Assembly (NCBI GenBank): GCA_029262535.1
Contig: JAJCZF010000074.1
Span: 8,395 to 72,394, forward strand
Length of the DNA: 64,000 bases
Direction: 5' to 3'
From: Deltaproteobacteria bacterium
GTDB taxonomy: Bacteria > Desulfobacterota > GWC2-55-46 > JAJCZF01
Under the pieces are notes generated by a model, which saw only the letters and a program-made list of their open reading frames with translations, was not told where the DNA came from and ran no database searches. Shown piece after piece: positions 48,401 to 57,400 of this stretch; within the stretch, counting starts at the first letter, position 1, and every line of letters begins with the position of its first letter. The position numbers were made by a program, and so were the translations under genes.

Positions 48401-51400
48401 GGAATATTCGATGTCGCGCTTGACGGTTATCCGGGCGCGGTCAACCCGTGTGGCGAGACGACCTGGACCGGCTTCATGGGTGGCGAGGGTGTATTCGGCA
48501 GCAGGCCCGACGGCGGCGGCGGATTTTTGGATAATAACGGATACTATCTTACATACGCGAGTCCCGGCTCCTGGGACGCGGCCAAGGTCACGGCCACGCT
48601 CGACGGCGACTTCATGACCGCCGAGACATTTGGCAGGATAAGCGGCGACCTCATCGGTTACTACGACGCCTCGGGCAACTGGGCCGGTAAGGCGCTCGGC
48701 GTCTTCGACGGCGCGACTTACGGCTTCGTAACGGGTCTCAACAATAGCTTCTATCACTTCTATGACGGCGACGACACTATATGGGACCGAGACAGCATAA
48801 GCGGATACTTCGGTTCCATCGCCTCTCCTTTTACAATACCGGGAACGCCAGTATCCTTTATGGCGATGGGCAAGGTTAGCGGCATTTGGTCTCAGACATG
48901 GTGGGATAACTTTTCCGGCACCGGAAGCGCGTGGGACGGCTTCATAGGCGGCAACCGCTCCTTTGATAACAAGACCATATCCGGCGGCGTTGCATCCTTT
49001 TATATAGCAAACGACGGCTCGGCCGGAATACTCGACGCAACACTCGACGGTACGATCTATCCGGGTAGTATCTTTAAGGTGGACGGCACAGACCTTAAGG
49101 CCACGGAAAAGACCGCCTCGGGTTACATCCCGGCTAACTTCAATACATACCTTGCGACCAGCGCCGTAAACGGAGAGATAACCGGCGAATTCGCCGGAGG
49201 AACGGGCTCTATCTCTACGGTCGGTTTCTTGCAGGATATCGCATTTAACGCGTCCGGAACCCGCACCCAATGGTTCGTAAATCCAGGTACGGCGAAGGAC
49301 GAGCCGTGGGGCATATATAAGCTTGAGCTTGGCGGCTATTATACGAACCCGGCGGCGGCGACGACCTTTGATATGACCCTTGGAGGTAATAACTGGAGGG
49401 CTGCGACGGATTACTGGATAATGGATATCGCCGGTAACTGGAACGCGGACCAGACCGTAGACGGTACGATAAACGGACGTTACTTGAACCTGACCTCGTT
49501 AGGTTCGATAAATAGTGGCATGTGGGGCAGCTACGATACCGATACAGGCGGAGTGTGGGAGGGTGTCGCGCTCGGTACATTTGAAGAAACACCGCTCGCC
49601 TTCTCCGGTGAGATCACATTTGCCACGGACTGGGATACCGGTCCGTGGTGGGGCCTATACGGTAATGACGGACTAGGCGCGTTCGACGCGGTGGACGACT
49701 TCTATGGCGTAGCGGGCTCTCTCGAAAACCCATGGGATTGTACGGCAGGGTGCGTACCGCAGACCATAGATGTGGTCTATATGGGCCAGCCGTGTTCCGT
49801 AAATAACCAGCCGCTTATATGGAACAACGATCTCTATGCCTTTGACGTAAAATGGAACGAAGGCGCATTCTCCGGTTTCATAGGCGGCGCGCTACTCGAC
49901 GGCGCGGCTACGGGCGGCGTTAGGCTTATATATCTGGACCCGGATGGAAATGTCGGTTATATCGAAGGCACGCTACTTGGGGATTATTATGGAGAAAGCT
50001 CCATGATACCCTTCTCGGCGGACGGTCAGTGGGTAGCGACCGAGGTCTCGGACTCTCTCGGTTATGACGGAGTGGATCCGGTCTATGCCGAGTATCTTCA
50101 CGGGGATCTTGGAAGAGATCCATATTTTAAGACGACCCTGTCGGGCGGCTTCGGTGCGGGTGGCGCGTCCGGTTTTATAAACGGTGTAGACTTTAACGGA
50201 GATTTCGCCACATACGGTTATCGTGGCTGGACGCGTTATATAGACGGCGAAGACTGGGGCATCTTTGATGTAATCATTGATGGTTATCAGGGCGGCGGAT
50301 ATTCGAATCCCAACCCGGATTCGACCTTCTCCGGCCTTGTCGGCGGCTCCGGCAACTTCGGCAGCCACTTTGTAGAGGGGCCGAGTTATGTAAAAAACCC
50401 CGGTTACTGGCTTGCGGACGTAAACGGCACGGTAACAAATAGAAATCTCGACGGTACGGCGGTAGGTACCTTTATGACGCGTGAGGCGATAGGGCCGATA
50501 TGGGGTGACCTCTACGGTTATCACGAAGGCGCGGCCTGGGGCGGTAAGCTCATGGGTGTATTCGAGGGCGACCCGGTCGCTTACAGTGGAGAGCTCTTAA
50601 CGGGCGGAACGTTCTTTAATACAAATCTATCGCCTCCCACTGAGTCGGACTCTATTACCGGTCTTATGGGTAGTTTGAACGCCATTAATCCCGGCGGCAG
50701 TACGGATATAGATCTTTTGGGTGAATACTTGAACCCGAACGGGTTGAGGCTTTTTGGTGCCGATTTTGAAGGTACGGCTTCGGACGGCACGGCCTTCCTT
50801 GGTATATACGCCGGGCTCGACCGACAGGGTACGCTCGACGGCGTACTTGGCGGCATATATATCAGACCAGACGGAGTGGGCGGCCATATCGCCGGAACGC
50901 TTCTTGCCGATGATCTCGCGGGTGAATTTCTTCCCGACCTTGGCATGTGGAGGGCTTCGAGCGCAAACTTCATTGCCACCGATCTCGGCGCTACCGCCGA
51001 ACTGCCCGGTGACCTCTTCTCTGGCGGCACGGCATTTGACGATTCAGAGGTCAACGGCCTGGTTGGTGGAGATATTTTTGGAAATATGTTGTTGATCGCC
51101 CAGTCGGTGGTCGATATAGACAGCGGCCTATTGATAGGCATAACGGGCGGGCTCTTCGGCACGAATCCGGCTCCGGGCTGGACGGCGCATGGAGGCGGCA
51201 CGGTAAATAACGGCGGGCTAGATCCGGACGACCTGTGGCTTGCGCAGATAACCGGCTCCGCATGGGCCGCCGGTAATATGGACGGAACCTATAGCGGTTT
51301 CGCCATGAACCCGAACGAGATGACGAACTTTTCCGGCGACCTGCGCGGCCAGTACGAGGTGACGGGCAGCGGCAATTGGCAGGCGATATCGATCGGCACA

Positions 51401-54400
51401 TTCGGCGCGGCCACACCCTTAAACTTTTTCGCCGGTCTGACGCCGCGCTTCTGGATGACGGGCGACTTCAATTGGGTAGAGCAGGGTTTCCTCAACGGGG
51501 ATACCTATGACTACTCATACGAGAGCGGCACGAATCAGGGCTTTGGCAGATACGCTCCGCTAGGCGTTAATGCGAACCGTGTGGATACGACATTCTTTGC
51601 CGACGGTACGACCGAGAGCTTCGACCGCGTGACCGGCCTTTATAGCAGCGGCACATGGAACGAGGCCGGGGGCGAAGCGGCGATGGCCGCATGGTACGGC
51701 ACTCCGGACTCTTCCGTTCCGAGCCCCTCCGCATTCGGCGTAGAGGCTATGGGCGGCTGGTTCGATATCTATATGGGTAGTACGACTTCGTTATGGCCCG
51801 TAACGACCCCGACCCCTACAGCCGTGCCGGTTACGGTTCTGGCTAAGCATATCGGTTCCGACTGGCAAAGTGGAGAGCCGAGGCTCATCTACGAAGGAGC
51901 TCGTTACCTGCGTAATGACCCTACATGGGGCGCGACATTTAACGACTACGACGGCGGGGCCTTCAGGTTCGGCCTTGTCGGTATGATAGAGGCGGACGAT
52001 ACGATAGACCCCGATATAGTGGGTCTCTATATCGACCCGGCAGGCAACGCGGGCCTGCTTAACGGTGTTGTCACCGGCACGGCCTATACCGATATCGGCA
52101 TGGCTGAGATGGCAGGCCAGATAACGCCCCGCCAGATGGCCATGGCCGCCGAGGTCGGCGTCTTACCGGCGAGCCTAGATAGTTCTATCTATAGATCGGG
52201 CATTAGTAACCCGGTAAGCATGCTTTCGGGAACGTTGCCTGGCGGCGGCGCGCTCGACTCCACCATCTACGAGATCGGATCGTCTACTATCGTTGACTAC
52301 TCCGGCCCGACGGTGGTCCAGCAGTGGGGTACGCTCAACTATGTATTCGAGGCTGGAGGATTCGCCAATCCGGGCGCGGCCACTACATGGTCGGCGACCA
52401 TGGGCGGATACGACCCCTTTGGTCCGGACGCTACCGGACTCGCCGATGAGCTCGGTTACTGGCTCGCCGATACGGTCGGCGGCACCATTGGCGACCGCAC
52501 GCTCAGGGCAGATTTTTCGGGTAACTTTATCACCCCGACAAAGCTTGGCACGATAGACGGCTCGCTTTACGGCCTATACGATACGGCGGTCGGCGAGTGG
52601 GGCGGCAGGGGGCTTGCCACCTACGAGAGCGACCCGCTCTTATACGCCGGAGAGATAACGCCTATCCTTATGACGACAAGTGCTGGCAGGAGAGATATCT
52701 ATAACTACTCCGACGGTAGTATCCATATCATAGAGATAATGGACGATAACACCTATGCCAGGGTCGTGGAGCAAGGCACAGGCTATCACCGTGTAACGAG
52801 CTATTTTTCCAACGGTAAAGTTGTTGAACTAGACAGGCTTACCGGAGCCGTAACAGAGACAACCTGGAACCCGGCGGTTGACGTCCTTTCGACGATCTTA
52901 ACGCCTCCGACCGGATATACCGGCTCGACCCTGACGCCGGGCGCGCTCACCACCGCCGCGGGCAAGCTCGACATGCTGATGGGCGGTATTGATTCGCTCT
53001 GGTCCGGCACGCCTAATATCCCGGTCACCATGATGGGAGAGTACGACTATAATAGCGGCGCGCCATATATATTCCGCGACTGGTTCGTAGATAGCCCGGC
53101 CTTCCCGGAGATAGGCTTTACGACCTACGACGGCGGCGACTACGCCGGGGCTATTGCCGGAGGCATCGCGCTTGACGAGTCGATGGAGGCGCACTTTGCG
53201 GCCCTATATCTGGACTCTTCCGGCAATGCCGGTCTCATATACGACCCGGTTTCTGGTAACGCCGATTCGTCGATAGATATCTTTAACATGGCCGGCGGAT
53301 TGAATCCCTACCAGATGGCAACCGCCGCAGAGGTAGGGGCCGACCCCAATGTCGATCTATACTGGACCCAGTCCGGCGGGCTCGGCGACCGGCTTGCCGG
53401 ATGGTTCCCGGACGGAGATACGACCGCCGATATGTCTAACGAATACTACCGCTTCCGCACCTTATCTCTCACAAACTCGGTGACCGGCACGGTACCGGCC
53501 CAGCCGTGGGGAATATTTACGGGCCAGTTTAAGTACGGCGCGGCGACATTCGCTAATCCGGGCGTATTTAATACGTGGTACGGAGGCCTTGCGGGCATGG
53601 ATCCGATAGGGGCCTACTGGACCGGCTCTGCATTTGCCGACGATCCGGGCATCTATGCGGCCGATATAATAAACGGCAACTGGGCCGACGGCAGCTTCGA
53701 CGGCGAGATAGACGGATGGTTCATGACTCCGAACAAGATGGGGCCGCTCGCAGGTAATATCTACGGCCTCTACGACGAGCTCGACGGTGTCTGGGGTGCA
53801 TATACAATCGGTACATGGGAGGGCGCGCCATACGGCTTCGTCTCGAACTTTAATAATAGCTTTTACCACTTCGACAACACTCCGGTGATCCTTGCGCCGA
53901 CGGCGACGACCATGCTCGATGGTTATCTTGGTTCCTTTGATTCGCCTTTTGCGACTCCGGGTATCGGTGTGAACTTTAGCGTAATGGGGCAGGGCGTTGA
54001 CGCAGGCTCTCAGACATGGTTTGGCCAGTTCTCCGGCACGGGTAGCGCATGGGACGGCTGGACAGGCGGGCATCTCTCGAATACGGATGATACGATTAAC
54101 GGCATAGTGAATGCCCTTTATATAGACGACGTGGGTAACGCGGGCATACTCGGAGCAAATTTCTTTGGCGACCTCCTGCCTAATGAGGTCTTTGTCGCTT
54201 CCGGTACGAACCTTACCGCCACGCAAAAGGCAACGGGGGGTTATACCGCCGGACTCTTTAATATTTACTTGCAGCGGGGCCGTCCGGAGGGCGGTATCGG
54301 CGGCGGCTTCCCGGGCCAGCCCGGTTATATCGGCTCGCCGGGCATACAGGGGCTCGTAAGTGTCGAGAGCGAGACGCGCTGGTTTGATAACGGAACCATA

Positions 54401-57400
54401 GAGCCGTGGGGCATCTATAAGATAGAACTCGGCGGCGACTACGCAAATCCCAACGGGGCGACAGGCTTTGAGATATCGCTCGGCGGCAGCGGCTGGAAGA
54501 ATCTCAATAACTGGCAAAACCCGAATACTTCTACCTACTTTTCGGGTGATAACTGGTATGCCGATATAACCGGTAACTGGAATACGGATGGTACTCTCGA
54601 CGGCACGATAAACGGCCGCTTCCTGACGCCCTTTGCGCTGGGCACGATAAATAGCGAGGCATGGGGTAGCTACGACACGGTGAACGCCGGTTTCTGGGAG
54701 GGGCTGGTCCTCGGCGAGTTCTACGAGACGCCGCTGGCCTTCGCCGGGATCATGGATTTTGAGGATGTGGGGACCTGGGCCGACGGGCCGAACTGGTCTC
54801 TCTTCGGCGAGTATGCCAGCGCCTTTAAAGAGGTGGGAGATATTATAGCGCGCACAGGCGGACTTGACGAGCCGTGGGACTGCGCCGCAGGCCTATGCGG
54901 ACCGACCGCGGCCCCGGTAGACGTAACGATACTGGGCGAGGTGATCGACTGGGATAACGAAGTGATGCAGGTCTTGCCCAATAACGCTTCTTATGTTTGG
55001 AATACCGAACTCTACAGCTGGAACGAAGGGCCGCAGACGAGGACGACCTTTGACGGCGGCGCATTCCGCGGTTTTGCCGGAGGCGTTCTGATCGACGACG
55101 GAGTAAACTTCTTCCAGGAGGTTGATGGATATTCGGTCGCGCTCTATATAGATCCCGAAGGCAATGTCGGTTATCTTAAGGGCGACGTGGCGGGTAACTA
55201 CTACTTTGATATGTACGGAGATGAGAGGGACAATCTTGGCGCGATAATAGAGAGTTACTCATTCTCGCTCCTAAATGCCGATGGCACCTTACAGGCCTAT
55301 GAGATGAAGACTCCGGGCAACCACTCCATAACTAGCGCGGCCAGTTTCTACAGCGAGGTCGTAACGAGCGCCACGCTGGATACCATGTTGTGGGGCGGCT
55401 TCCCGGTTGGTGGAGGCAACTTCGACGCGACCGACTATAACCCCGGCGGCGACGGATGGACACGCTACATACCGGGCGAGAGCTGGGGTATCTTTGATAT
55501 CATACTTAACGGCTACCCCGGCGAATACGATAATATGAATAACGACACCACATGGATGACAATGCTTGGCGGTTCAGGCACATTCGGCTCCAATCCGGAC
55601 GGGGTCGGCGGTTATTTTGATAACGACGGCTATTGGACTGCCTGGGTCCTTGACGGCACCGCCGTAAACGGAAAGCTCACAGGTAGCATAAGCTCCGGTC
55701 GTTGGATGACTTCGACTCATTTAGGAAATATATGGGGCGACATACTCGGCTACTATGATGGTCCCGGGAATCCGACTCCCGCCAACTGGGCCGGAAAAGC
55801 ACTTGGCGTATTCGACGGCGACTCGCTGGCCTTTAGCGGCAGGATTACTACGGAGCAGCAGGCGTGGATAACCGGCCCATGGCAGAACGGCCCGCAGGCC
55901 GGAATATTCGGTAACGACTGGGGAGAGAACTTCACCTCTGTCGGCGACGTAGGGGCATTTGCGGGTTCGCTCACTCCGCTTTGGAACTGTACGGCAGGGC
56001 CGCTCGCTTGCGGCCCGCAGACGACTAATGTGACATATATGGGTGAGATAATAGATCTTGACGCGGACCTAATTCCTGTGCTGGATTCATTTCCAAATAG
56101 GGCTAATGTCTGGAACAACGATCTTTTGAGTCACAATCTCTATAATTCTACCTTTACAACATTTGATGGAGGGTCTTTCTACGGCTTTATCGGAGGCGTG
56201 CTTATGAAAGGCCTTACAGACTCTCACGATGCCGAGGGAATAGTTGCGAGCCTCTATTACGACCCCGAAGGCAATATAGGCTACTTTACAGGCGGCCTGA
56301 ACGGTAGTTACAACTACTATATCCCGTCGTCGTATATGCCGGGACCGATAAACTATCACTATAGCGTCCTTAACGCCGACGGCACATGGACGCCGACCGA
56401 AAAGGTCGCGGCCGGGGGCCATACCATAACGAGCGCCGCGCTCTTTACGAGCGAGGTCATAACCAATCCCTATATGACGGCCTCTCTCGAAGGCTCGTTC
56501 GGCGCGGGCGAGAACGGTTATATATATGGTAAGGAACATAACCAGGAGCCGTCCTACTACGCATGGACCCGTTATGTGCCGGAACAGCCCTGGGGTCTCT
56601 TCGACATCGTCTTTAACGGTTACATGTCGAGCGGACAGGGTTATCAGAATCCGCTTGCCGAGACTACATGGCAGACATGGATGGGCGGCGAAGGACGTTT
56701 CGGATATTTCTTTGACGATGGCGCCGCAGGTTTTGATTACTGGGGCCTCTGGAGCGCGGATACGGCCTCCAGCCCGTGGGGAGAGCTTAACGAGGAGAAC
56801 TACTTCGAGTCCGGCAGTCTATCGGGTCGTTACCTGACCTTTACTCATACCGGTTCTATATGGGGCGATATAGTCGGCTACTACGAAGACCCGCTCATCG
56901 GCGGCAACCCTGAGGACTGGGCCGCGAAGTCGGTCGGAGTATTTGAGGGCGAACAGCTCGCCTTTAGCGGAGAGATATCCTTCTCCACGGGATGGAACAC
57001 AGGGCCTTATTTTGATATATTCGCCGATGACGGCACCGCAAGCGCGCTTGCTACCTATGACGAGATATGGGGTATCTCCGGCAGTACACAGGCCCCGTGG
57101 TCCTGTAGCGCCGGTTGTGTCCCGCAAAATACCGATGTGCTTCACATGTCCCAGTTGTTGGCATCGGGCGCTTATAACCAGGACGGTCCGCTCATATGGA
57201 ACTCGAACATTACCAGTTATGAGCGTTACGGTTATACATACCAGACATACGACGGCGGCTCCTTTGACGGCTTTATCGGAGGACTTCTCTTAAACGGTAA
57301 TGTGGACGCGCGTGTGGCCAATGTCTACATGGACCCTGCGGGCAACGCCGGTTATATATGGGCGGTGCTTGACGGGCGTTACGGTCTTGACTTGACCGAT

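Noticed and set aside
48281-49270. Long antisense ORFs inside the giant gene: 329 aa here, 351 aa at 53462..54517, 206 aa at 50581..51201, and many shorter ones.
   Set aside because: They lie wholly within and opposite the 21-kb ORF. Their Arg/Pro/Ala-rich low-complexity translations are typical of the reverse strand of G+C-rich coding DNA. They show no start context or domain signatures.
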